DNA of 64,000 nt from Candidatus Thorarchaeota archaeon. Its GTDB lineage: Archaea > Asgardarchaeota > Thorarchaeia > Thorarchaeales > Thorarchaeaceae. Each line of letters begins with the position of its first letter. Position 1 is the first letter of the stretch. The notes under the pieces are model-generated. The model was given only the letters and a program-made list of their open reading frames with translations. It was not told the origin of the DNA and searched no databases. A program made the position numbers and the translations under genes. Below, in pieces: positions 30,597-39,682 of this stretch. The stretch lies in NCBI GenBank assembly GCA_963726195.1, contig CAVSBO010000004.1:288001-352000 (forward strand), read 5' to 3'.

Positions 30597-31403
30597 CTAG
30601 AGCTTTGATATGACCTCGTCAAGACTGCTGACGGTCAAGTCCGGAGTTTGGTCGAGTCCTCTCGAATCGTAAGATAGGATGAGGGAGGGATCTCTTTTGA
30701 TGAGGATGGTGGTCATACTGGCAGCCCTGCCTCCTGCTATGTCCGACGCAGGGTTGTCACCCACCATTACGGATTCCGCTACGCTGAAACCAAGCGACCT
30801 GACCGATTCGACGAACATCTCCGGGAGAGGCTTGCCGACAATGATAGCTTTTGCTCCCGTCGCATCTTCAATTGCGGCGACAATGGAGAGTTCACCGATG
30901 AATGTGTCCTCTTTGCCCAAGTAGATTCCTGGGTAGTCTCTGCTGCCACTGATGCAGATTAAGGGCGCACCTTGTTTGACCATCTTCGTTGCGAAATTGA
31001 GTCGCTCGAATGTCATCCCCCTGTCTGCACCAACTGCAACATAGTCGACGGGGGGATTGTTGGTGACATCTAGGCCTCTTGCAACGAAGTCTTCAATCGC
31101 TCCTCCTTCGCTGATGACAAAACACCTTGCGCCTGGTGACCTATTATGAACATAGGCAGCTGCCGCTGCTCCTGCGCTGAATACATTACCCAAGTCAAAA
31201 TCAAAACCAACGCCATTCACGGCTTTCTGAATCTGCCTTGATGACAACCGTCCGACATTCGTCAGGATGCCGATGGTTTTTCCTCTCTTGATGAGCTCAT
31301 CGCAGAGGTGGAGGGCGTCCTGAAATGGAGTCGGGTGTTCGATTTGTTCTACAATCGTGTTGTCCACATCGAAGAGCCACAGCTGCTTGTCCTTGAGTTT
31401 CAT
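30597..31403 (-). CDS. HAD-IIA (NagD-like) phosphatase
   Basis: FDVDNT, LTN, VGKP, MVGDN..SDI.GG. Confidence 0.9.
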   Translation of the reverse strand: MKLKDKQLWLFDVDNTIVEQIEHPTPFQDALHLCDELIKRGKTIGILTNVGRLSSRQIQKAVNGVGFDFDLGNVFSAGAAAAAYVHNRSPGARCFVISEGGAIEDFVARGLDVTNNPPVDYVAVGADRGMTFERLNFATKMVKQGAPLICISGSRDYPGIYLGKEDTFIGELSIVAAIEDATGAKAIIVGKPLPEMFVESVRSLGFSVAESVMVGDNPASDIAGGRAASMTTILIKRDPSLILSYDSRGLDQTPDLTVSSLDEVISKL

Positions 31404-31494
31404 CGTTCTGACCCGCCATCTTGTTCTTGCAGAGAGAAATGGCACAGCGGCTTGCTGTCTTGCTGAGGCGAGCTCCAGGAGCTGAGAAGGCAGA

Positions 31495-31845
31495 CTAGTC
31501 CTTGGGGAGCAAGGGTATGGCACAGATGAACTTGAAGACCTCTTTGCCCTTGCGATTGTCAATGCCATGAATCATATTTGGAGGCACGAATACGACATCA
31601 TCTTTCCGGGCCGGTGTATTGCCCGAGGAAGACATGACCTCCGCCTTGCCGCTAACCACGTAGATTTCGTGTTCTTCGGGATGCTGATGCAGCGGCACGA
31701 TCCCGCCTGGTTGTATCTCGAATAGACGCAACGCATACGTTTTGGCACCATTGTTCCGGTCGACGAGCCACCGAAACGTCGCTTTCTCTGTGCCTTGCAC
31801 AGCGACAGGGAGTTCTTCTCGTTTCTTGCTGGTAATTACGTACAA
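31495..31845 (-). CDS. Cupin domain protein
   Basis: PGG.VPLHQH.EEHE.YV.SG, FVPPN..HG. Confidence 0.9.
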   Translation of the reverse strand: MYVITSKKREELPVAVQGTEKATFRWLVDRNNGAKTYALRLFEIQPGGIVPLHQHPEEHEIYVVSGKAEVMSSSGNTPARKDDVVFVPPNMIHGIDNRKGKEVFKFICAIPLLPKD

Positions 31846-32085
31846 CGCTCGCGGCCTCCTTATGGTCGGGATTTCAGGCCTTCCGTTTGCATGAGTCCCG
31901 TGGGAACTATAATAACATTAGGTTACGGCATGGTTTTTGCAGGGACTGGGCTGCATGTCTGGAGCAATTCGTCATGCGCTTGCTTGCTCTTCAATCCGAG
32001 CCACCGCACAGAAAGTTTAATCAGACTACCCCGATTCCTAATCTTCGTTCCCAGCGGGAATGCTCCGCGCAAATGAGGGAAGTAA

Positions 32086-32604
32086 ATGAGTGAACAGGAC
32101 ACCTACGTGCGAGCCAAGCTTGCGGAGATTAGTACCTCGCTTGAACGTCTCACGAACACGCTGAATCGTACTATTGATGTGATATCGAGAATCGTTGAGA
32201 TTCAAGACACCACGACCCAAATCATGAGCGCCGTCGCAGCAAATGGCAAGAAGCTCGATGATATCATGCAAACCACACGAAAGACCCCGATGGGTGGTGT
32301 GTCGGCGGCGGGCCAAGCAGCTGCGGAACCGCGTTCTGCTGTCTCGCCACTTCAAGTTGTTTTCGATACGCTTGATTCTCAAATAAGAGATGGGGCGATA
32401 GCCAGTGATCTGGCTGTGAAGATAAATGAGGCCGCGGACACTCTTGAGCAGAAGGGTGGCGGTAGTGCTGTTGTCGTCAAAATGCAGCGTTGGAACCGAA
32501 TTCTGAAGACATACGGGCGCGTAGATCCTATTAGCGCCAACGACATCAGAAAACTACGTGATGACCTAAAGGACTGGCAGCGTGAGGTTGCAAAGGCGCA
32601 ATGA
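32086..32604 (+). CDS. Coiled-coil protein with C-terminal Vps28-CTD-like four-helix bundle
   Basis: Heptad N-terminus, flexible linker, C-terminal F.T....IR....A......I.E..DTL...W...L......D.I....IR.L..DL pattern matching the remembered VPS28 CTD. Confidence 0.6.
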   Translation: MSEQDTYVRAKLAEISTSLERLTNTLNRTIDVISRIVEIQDTTTQIMSAVAANGKKLDDIMQTTRKTPMGGVSAAGQAAAEPRSAVSPLQVVFDTLDSQIRDGAIASDLAVKINEAADTLEQKGGGSAVVVKMQRWNRILKTYGRVDPISANDIRKLRDDLKDWQREVAKAQ

Positions 32605-32705
32605 AATCCTGACCGCTTGACTCACCTTCAGAGTCAGCGGGACAGAATGCTACTCATAGCGGTCAGCTTAAATCAAGACGAGGGCAGAAAGCTGATTGCA
32701 GGTCC

Positions 32706-34232
32706 ATGGAGAGACTCAGCTTCATACAGCCAGATTCGCTACGAAACCAAATGAATAGAGCCGCCAGTGCTATCAGCAATTCCACAAAGGTCCTCGCCGT
32801 TTCGCACATAGATGCAGACGGAATTACATCGCTGGCAATAGTGGTGACCATGCTTGAACGGCTCGGTAAGAAGGTGTCTTGGAAGAACATCCACCAGCTC
32901 AGCTCGGAAACAATACTTGACGTGAAAGAGCTCGTTGGAGAGTTTCGACCTGACCTCGTTGTATTCAGCGACTTCGGGTCTGGTCAAATGGATCTGGTCC
33001 GTGGGAACATCCAAGGCGAGCCTGGCGTTGACGCCATTGTGGTCTTGGATCATCACATTCCTTCTGACGAGCGCGCGGACTCTTGGATTGAGGGGAATGC
33101 TCAGGGCATAGTGGAAGTGAACCCCTGCCAGCATGGCATGATTGGAAGCTCTGAGTTGTCAGGAGCAGGTCTTGCATTCTTGGTGGCATACTCGATATCA
33201 CCTGAGAATGTCGATCTGAGCGAGCTCGCGGTCGTTGGAGCAACAGGTGACCTACAAGACTACTACGGTCGTGGCTTCTCAGGCCTGAACAAGGAGATAA
33301 TAGCATTAGCACAAGATCACGGCTATGTCAAGGTTCACAAAGACCTGACATTCTTCGGGATAAGCACAAGGCCGCTGCCGTTCTTGTTGGAGTATACGAC
33401 GGATCCCTACCTTCCCGGAATAACTGGAAACAGGGATGGGTGCTTCGCATTCTTCGACGAGTTGGGTATTACCCTGAAGGACGGCCAAGGCGAATGGAGA
33501 ACATGGGCTGACCTCAAGCTGGATGAGAAGAAACGAGTAATTCAGAAGCTGATTGATTCGATTCTTCAAAGCTATGAAAACCCGAGGGCAGCCACTGGCA
33601 TCATCGGTGACGTGATGACACTTGTCAGGCGGCCCCCAAGGACCGAACTTAGAACTGCAAAAGAGTTCTCGACCCTGCTCAACGCGTGCGGGAGAAACAA
33701 GAAACCTGAGGTCGGTGTGAGAATATGCTTCGGTGACCTGGACGCGTGGCGAGAAGGGCAAGTTCTGCTTCAGCAACACAGGGCCAATCTGGCGAGTGCG
33801 CTACGGCGTCTCGAAACAGGAGGGGTTCAAGAGATGCCGGGGATGTATCTGGTCATGGACCCGGAAACGCCTGATACCATTGTGGGTGTCGTAATAGGCA
33901 TGGCTCAGGGATCCAGAATCATACCGACTGACAAACCGGTGATTGGGGTGAGCACGAAGGTATCGGACGAAGGACCTATGCTGAAGATATCTGGTCGTGC
34001 TGTCAGTAGCCTTGTGAAAAGGGGCATCAATCTAAGAGAGGCCTTCGTGTCTGCCAGCAAATCGCTGAACGACAGATATGGGAAGATGATTGCAGAGGGA
34101 GGAGGTCATCCAATGGCTGCAGGTGCGTTCGTGCACACTGACTATCTGGATGAATTCTTGGAAATAGTATCAGACCTAATCTCAAAAACACTGCAGTCAA
34201 CGATTGAAGGAAAAAGTGATGATAGGGGGTAA
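32706..34232 (+). CDS. RecJ/GAN-like DHH phosphoesterase
   Basis: SHIDADG, SDFGSG, LDHH, GA.GDLQ, EFSTLLNACGR, GGGHPMAAGA (DHHA1). Confidence 0.92.
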   Translation: MERLSFIQPDSLRNQMNRAASAISNSTKVLAVSHIDADGITSLAIVVTMLERLGKKVSWKNIHQLSSETILDVKELVGEFRPDLVVFSDFGSGQMDLVRGNIQGEPGVDAIVVLDHHIPSDERADSWIEGNAQGIVEVNPCQHGMIGSSELSGAGLAFLVAYSISPENVDLSELAVVGATGDLQDYYGRGFSGLNKEIIALAQDHGYVKVHKDLTFFGISTRPLPFLLEYTTDPYLPGITGNRDGCFAFFDELGITLKDGQGEWRTWADLKLDEKKRVIQKLIDSILQSYENPRAATGIIGDVMTLVRRPPRTELRTAKEFSTLLNACGRNKKPEVGVRICFGDLDAWREGQVLLQQHRANLASALRRLETGGVQEMPGMYLVMDPETPDTIVGVVIGMAQGSRIIPTDKPVIGVSTKVSDEGPMLKISGRAVSSLVKRGINLREAFVSASKSLNDRYGKMIAEGGGHPMAAGAFVHTDYLDEFLEIVSDLISKTLQSTIEGKSDDRG

Positions 34233-34242
34233 GATACCCCCT
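34207..34242 (-). terminator. Hairpin plus U-tract between convergent genes
   Basis: AGGGGGTA-aga-TACCCCCT (34224-34242) with A5 at 34211-34215. Confidence 0.55.
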
Positions 34243-34266
34243 TTCAAGTGTGTTAGATGATTTAGT

Positions 34267-34727
34267 CTAGTATTGGTCGGCTGTCAGGCTTGCGCCTATG
34301 ACCCCTGGAATGAAGATCAGAGCGAAAGATGCTCCAAGATCTATTGCGGCCGCCTTAATCACGCCCCACATCGCTGCATAGTCTGAAATGGTCAGACCCA
34401 TAGACAGCAGTGCGAAGCCCAAGAAGAAGAGGACCATCGTTATGATAGAAACGAAGAACATCCTTACTCCGCTCTTGGAGATCAAGCCTGCAACGAACCC
34501 GGCAACGGCAAGGGCTACGATAGGTCCGTAGACGCCGCCCAATGCGGCCGAGTACGGGAATATGAGCTGAGCAAAGAGCAAAGCTCCCACGCAAGCAGGC
34601 CGCTAGTGATGGCTCCAGAGCCCAAAAGTGCCTGAATCTGGGCGATTGAAAGACCCAGAATCTGGAATGCACCGATTACGACAGACACGAGGAGACATAT
34701 TAGTAGTGCGATTATCGTTCTGAACAT
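34267..34727 (-). CDS. Hypothetical four-TM membrane protein (frameshift near 34588)
   Basis: ORFs 34515-34727 and 34267-34590 join by adding one G in a G-run (LLAWGALLF). Confidence 0.7.
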
Positions 34728-34963
34728 TGGCTACGAACACTCCTTGAGATGCAACAGAGTTCTGCCACTCTTACCACCAATCCTGTTCCTTTTATACTTC
34801 TTGGCGATATCCCTTTTCATTCACTGTGGGCGGTATCGGGCCATCTTCACAGACCCTTTTCTGCTTCTGCGACCAGATTAGCGATTCTCTCTTTGAGCTG
34901 TTTCAGGAGCTGAAACACGCTTGGGTTCTTTCTGTATTTGACAGGTCTTCAGAGCTGAACCAA

Positions 34964-36124
34964 CTAACAGACTGCAAGCCCCTCAGGCATTGGAACAGCC
35001 TCGAAGCAGGCGGGGCAAGTCAGGTCCTCGTGAATGTTGAAGGGCTCGTTCTCCTCATACTTGACGCGAAAACTGTACTGGCATTTCGGGCAATGTGCCT
35101 TCACGTATCCCCTGAGCCTAATAGAGGCCATCCATGCATCTTCTGCGAGCTGAGACTCTCCGAGCGCTTGGTACTCAGCCGCGAGTTCCACCCATACAGC
35201 AGCGGCGCCACTGTCATCTCTTGCTCCCTGAGTCAGGCAATCAATCGACTCACGATTCCGACCTAGCAATTTGTACGCTTCATGAAAGTACCGCCATGAT
35301 TCAGGATCGTCTGCGATGCTAGACCTCAACCGCTTCAGGTATGTTTCGCAACCGTCTTCATTGCAGGAACGTTTCGCCAAGACAGCCAGCCTTCCAAGAG
35401 CCTCCGCGTTGTCAGGCTCGAGTACTAGCACGCTGGAAAACAGACTAACAGCTTCTTCGTCATGGCCTTGTCGGAATCGAGTCTCGCCGAGGATGATTAG
35501 AGTTCGGTAGTTGTCTGGGTCTATCTGTTGGGCCTTTTCGACGAGATACTCAGCTTCACTGACCTTCCCCTGAAGAAGCAGTGCGTATGCGTGGTTCGAC
35601 ACGGCGACGATAGACTTCGGTTGAAGCCGCTCTATCCTCTCCCAGATTTCAGATGCCCCTCCATAGTCGCCCAGTCTATGGAGGCACATTGCGTACAATC
35701 CCAAGAGTTTCCTGTCCTGCGGAAATCGAAACACCGCTCTCCGCAACACTTCGCACGCCGATGCATATTTCGTCTCGACGTACAGAACCTTGCAGAGATC
35801 GCCCCATGCCTCTGGCTCCTCGGCATCTAGTTGCACAGCAAGTCTCAGATACTTCTCGGCTTCGTTGAACTCGCCTATGGCCTTCAGAGAGCGACCCATA
35901 ACAAGGGCAAGAACAGCGTGGTCTCCGGCTAAACCCTCTGCTTTTCTCAAGACCTCGACAGCCTTCACAGGGTCTCCAGACTGGAGATGCGCCATGCCCA
36001 GACAAACGAGTACGTCAGCATCCTCTTCTCCCGATTCGAGAATTCGTTCGAGGATAGAGACCGCGTCTTTCGGTCGCCCTTCTTCCAGTGCCCTTGCCGC
36101 ATTCTTCAAGGTCGCAAGCGTCAA
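34964..36124 (-). CDS. Tetratricopeptide repeat protein with C-terminal zinc ribbon
   Basis: About 9 TPR-like repeats, then CPKC...CPAC. Confidence 0.88.
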   Translation of the reverse strand: MTLATLKNAARALEEGRPKDAVSILERILESGEEDADVLVCLGMAHLQSGDPVKAVEVLRKAEGLAGDHAVLALVMGRSLKAIGEFNEAEKYLRLAVQLDAEEPEAWGDLCKVLYVETKYASACEVLRRAVFRFPQDRKLLGLYAMCLHRLGDYGGASEIWERIERLQPKSIVAVSNHAYALLLQGKVSEAEYLVEKAQQIDPDNYRTLIILGETRFRQGHDEEAVSLFSSVLVLEPDNAEALGRLAVLAKRSCNEDGCETYLKRLRSSIADDPESWRYFHEAYKLLGRNRESIDCLTQGARDDSGAAAVWVELAAEYQALGESQLAEDAWMASIRLRGYVKAHCPKCQYSFRVKYEENEPFNIHEDLTCPACFEAVPMPEGLAVC

Positions 36125-36359
36125 CGATTCATTTCCTCTTTATTGCTCGCGAAAGGCCTGAGAGCATTAGCGATTAGCCGTCATTGGCTGTGGGCTTACC
36201 TTCGACCCACGCCATAAGTACCTCACTATATGGCACTTTGAGAACTAGGAACGGTTGCTTGGGTTTGAGGCTCTTGCTCGCAGTTTGTGGCTCATGCAGG
36301 GCGTTCTGAACTTCGTGAGAGAAGCTTTGTTATATCGTAGACGCGGCTCGTAGAACTCA

Positions 36360-37210
36360 ATGTCAAAAAACAAGTATGCCACTCCTTTTCCAGTTCTGCA
36401 GGCCGCGAGTCTACTCAGCTCACAGGTCGCGGATTCAGAAGTTCGATATGTCCCTGAAGCAGCTGGTAACGCCTGATAGCTATGTGGTTGACCTTGGGAC
36501 AGGATCTGGTGTTCTTGCGCTGCTCGCTGCTAAGGCCGGAGCCCGAAAGGTCACTGCAGTCGAAATCAGTCAGGAATGCATTGACTATGCTCGAAGGGCC
36601 GTATCGATGAATGGTCTTGAAGACCAAGTTGAGTTCTTTGTCGGGCACTTCTCTGAATTCCGCCCAAGGGAACGAGCCGACATCGTCGTGTGCGAAATGC
36701 TATCGTCGATGATGCTGGTAGAGCAGCAAGTGCCGGCCTGTTTTCACGCTGCCAAGTACATACTCAAGAAAGGAGGCAAGATGATTCCAGAAAGCGCCAC
36801 TGTATGGTTGGTTCCTGTCGAGAGTCCTGATGCATGGAACAGATTCGACCCTCCTAATCTCCACTTTCCACGATTGCCGCAGACGGTTGGTCCTGAGGAA
36901 TACAGAGACCTTCCGGCGGCTGAGGCAGATTTCAACCTTCGACTTCTCCAGTCGTTCGACCTTGCTGACCGTGGACAGAAAGACGCACTTCGATATCATC
37001 GAGGAAGGAACTCTTCACGGTCTCGTGGGATTCTTCGAGTCCAAGCTTCTCGACGGCATTACGCTCTACATGAGCGATGGCTGGAGAGAACTCTTCCTGC
37101 CTCTGGAAGAACCTTCGAATGTCACAAGAGGCACTCGAGTAGGATTTCACATTAAATACTCACCCGGGCAGTTCGACTCGTTGTCATTGACAACCACCAA
37201 TGCACGATAG
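36360..37210 (+). CDS. Class I SAM-dependent methyltransferase, PRMT-like (two frameshifts, near 36420 and 36915)
   Basis: VVDLGTGSGVL..LAAKAGARKV.AVE; DIVVCEML....LVE double-E loop; LK.GG.MIP; beta-barrel tail GTLHGLVGFFE..L...W.ELFLPL. Confidence 0.85.
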
Positions 37211-37316
37211 GTGCAAACGACAGGGTCACTCCGACTGGGGTTCGTCAGAACGGAACAACACAACCGAAGGACAGGGAGGGCGTGTCCATACCGAAGAGGT
37301 GATTTGTGTCGGCAAA

Positions 37317-37799
37317 ATGCACCCGCCAGTGAATGCGTTGCAGAAGACACAACCATCCAGCACGTGGTCATGGATCCCTGTGACTTGGCTGATTCTATTT
37401 CCTATTCTTACGGTGTTCGGCTACGTTGCCTCCATTCTCGGCGGGCATGAGTTGTATTGGTTAGTGTTTCTCCTCGGAGTACCCATAGTGGTAGCTCCCT
37501 TGACGTATAGGAGACTCGCTGGTGGCGCGTGCAGCGTCAGATTCCGTGTGTGTGCTCTCGTAAAGGGAATCATGGCCGGTGTCGTCTTTGTCTTGCTATC
37601 ATTCATAGCGGATGTTGTGGTCTGGTCTCTTGCAGGCCCTGTTGCCGGATGGAGCCCGATGCCTCATAACCAGCTTGACTTCAGTCCGTACTACGCTTGG
37701 TTCTTGGCGGCACTAGTTGGCGGCTTTGCCGCTAGGGTAGCCGAAGTAAGAGGTCGTAGCAAGCCAGTCAGCCAACTGAAGGTCAGCGGTTTCGAGTGA
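37317..37799 (+). CDS. Hypothetical four-TM membrane protein
   Basis: Four hydrophobic segments. Confidence 0.7.
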   Translation: MHPPVNALQKTQPSSTWSWIPVTWLILFPILTVFGYVASILGGHELYWLVFLLGVPIVVAPLTYRRLAGGACSVRFRVCALVKGIMAGVVFVLLSFIADVVVWSLAGPVAGWSPMPHNQLDFSPYYAWFLAALVGGFAARVAEVRGRSKPVSQLKVSGFE

Positions 37800-37972
37800 A
37801 CACGCAAGTACTTTCTCGATTCTCTGGTCTCTCTCTGGTCCTGCAATTCTGAATGTGCAGCAATACTGAAAGGGTCTCTGTCCACTCGTCTTTACATCGG
37901 GATTTGTTCGGTGTTCTGTCCGAGAACAAAGCTTTAAGTAAAGCGGCTCTGGCTGATGGCTGGGTTGCCGCG

Positions 37973-38644
37973 ATGGTGGAACTCAAGGGACCTCTTTGCT
38001 ATATTCTGGATTTCGACGACATATATCAGTACGCATACCAAACTGCGATAAGAGTCAGGGACTCAAACTGGAGGCCTCAGGCAGTCGTGGGTATTGCACG
38101 AGGAGGTTGGGTTCATGCTAGGATACAGTGCGATCTTCTTGGTGTGAAAGAGCTCTTTAGCATCAAGGTGGATCACTGGGGCGTGACGGCGACAAAGGAT
38201 GGGAAGGCCAAGATATCCTGTCCATTGAGCGGCGATGTAAAGGGCAAGAAGGTCTTAGTCGTCGACGACATCACTGATACTGGGGAGAGTCTGACTCTAG
38301 CTGTGAACCATGTGAAGGAGCAGGGCCGCGCATCTGAGGTGAAATCAGCTACTCTGATGCACATTGCTGGTTCCAAGTTCGTGCCAGACTATTTCGGCGT
38401 GGAAACAAGCTGGGCGTGGGAGATATGGCCATGGAATTTCTATGAAGACCTCACTGCGCTGATAACCAAGATTTTCCAAGGCGAGAAGATCAAAGAGATG
38501 ACCACTCTTGAGCTTAAGAAATACCTGAGAGAGTACAACAATATCGTCCTTTCTGATGAACAGGTATCGAAGGTCAAGGCGCACATGGGCTTCCTTGGTC
38601 TGATACAATATCCGCTGGACAAGACCTGGCGAATGCTCAAGTAG
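37973..38644 (+). CDS. Purine phosphoribosyltransferase (archaeal HGPRT/XGPRT-like)
   Basis: VGIARGGW, VLVVDDITDTGESL PRPP loop, PDYF. Confidence 0.9.
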   Translation: MVELKGPLCYILDFDDIYQYAYQTAIRVRDSNWRPQAVVGIARGGWVHARIQCDLLGVKELFSIKVDHWGVTATKDGKAKISCPLSGDVKGKKVLVVDDITDTGESLTLAVNHVKEQGRASEVKSATLMHIAGSKFVPDYFGVETSWAWEIWPWNFYEDLTALITKIFQGEKIKEMTTLELKKYLREYNNIVLSDEQVSKVKAHMGFLGLIQYPLDKTWRMLK

Positions 38645-38855
38645 TGTTCTACCCTTCCCGCAGGAAAGTCCTGTCTGTTTGCTCCAACGCAATAAGGGGT
38701 ATGCACTACTTCACCTCAGTAACGACCACATGCTTATCCCGCGTCACAGCACTTCCAAAGAAATAGGACCATGATACACCGGTGGCGCCTCGCCAGATGC
38801 CAACCAGTCCCTGCGCTTCGCAGTTCCTCGACATCGTTGGCTCATCAAGCGAAAA

Positions 38856-38898
38856 TTAGGCCGACCTAAATATCTATAAATATCTTAGGACCACCTAA
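38856..38898 (+). promoter_or_regulatory. Two DtxR/MntR-type operator palindromes flanking the TATA box of the dtxR-feoA/feoB operon
   Basis: TTAGG-ccga-CCTAA (38856-38869) and TTAGG-acca-CCTAA (38885-38898) on either side of TATAAATA (38875-38882). Confidence 0.8.
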
Positions 38899-38911
38899 AT
38901 CATGACCTGCC

Positions 38912-39682
38912 ATGAGCACTGAGAGTGTTGAGGAGTACCTCGAAGCAATTCATGCCTTCAACGAAAAAGGCGAGCCGGCAAAGACTACAGAATTGGCTGA
39001 GAGGCTCAGTGTGTCTGCTCCCAGCGTTACTGAGATGCTCAAGAGGTTGGCCGATGACAGTCTCGTCGAATATGAGCCATACAAGGGCGCAACCCTGACG
39101 GGCAAGGGAATGGCGTATGCTGAAAGGATTGTGAGGAAGCACCGGCTTCTAGAACGCTTTCTGCACGACTCATTGGGAATCAAAACCGAGAAGGTGCACG
39201 ACGAAGCTTGCCGACTCGAACATAGCCTTTCAGAGGATGTGGCAGACGCAATGTGTCGAGCCCTTGACCAACCCACGACCTGTCCTGATGACCACAACCC
39301 CATTCCGCCGTGTTCACTCGAAGTCAAGGATTGTGATGATTGCGTAGCCGCGAGAAAAAAGGCGAATGATCATCCACGGCTCGTGACTCAGCTTTCAAAC
39401 CTTAGAACCGGTGACGAGGCCATCGTCGCATTTGTAAGAGCAGGAAACGGGGTGTGCAACCGGCTCGTCGACATGGGACTGACTCAAGGCACGCAAGTGA
39501 GAGTAGTAAACATAGCCCCTTTCAAGGGACCTGTTGAGATTGCAGTAAGAGATACGACCCTTGCTCTCGGAAGGTCCCTGGCGTCTTCCGTGTTCGTCGA
39601 GATCAGAGAGGGCAAGGCGCCTATGCATGCTGCTCCCCCGGGCCCTCATACTGGCAGAAGGTGGAGAGCACGTGGGCAATGA
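38912..39682 (+). CDS. DtxR/IdeR-family metal-dependent regulator with C-terminal FeoA domain
   Basis: EEYLEAI, L.VSAPSVTEML..L, RKHRLLERFL, EACRLEH; RL.DMGL..G..V.V...APF.GP. Confidence 0.95.
   Translation: MSTESVEEYLEAIHAFNEKGEPAKTTELAERLSVSAPSVTEMLKRLADDSLVEYEPYKGATLTGKGMAYAERIVRKHRLLERFLHDSLGIKTEKVHDEACRLEHSLSEDVADAMCRALDQPTTCPDDHNPIPPCSLEVKDCDDCVAARKKANDHPRLVTQLSNLRTGDEAIVAFVRAGNGVCNRLVDMGLTQGTQVRVVNIAPFKGPVEIAVRDTTLALGRSLASSVFVEIREGKAPMHAAPPGPHTGRRWRARGQ

Noticed and set aside
32607-32647. SECIS-like hairpin (CUGA...stem...GGAC) after a TGA-ending gene
   Set aside because: There is no apical AA, the TGA falls at the natural end of the Vps28-like domain rather than a Cys-like site, and no selenoprotein candidate is nearby; probably an ordinary intergenic hairpin
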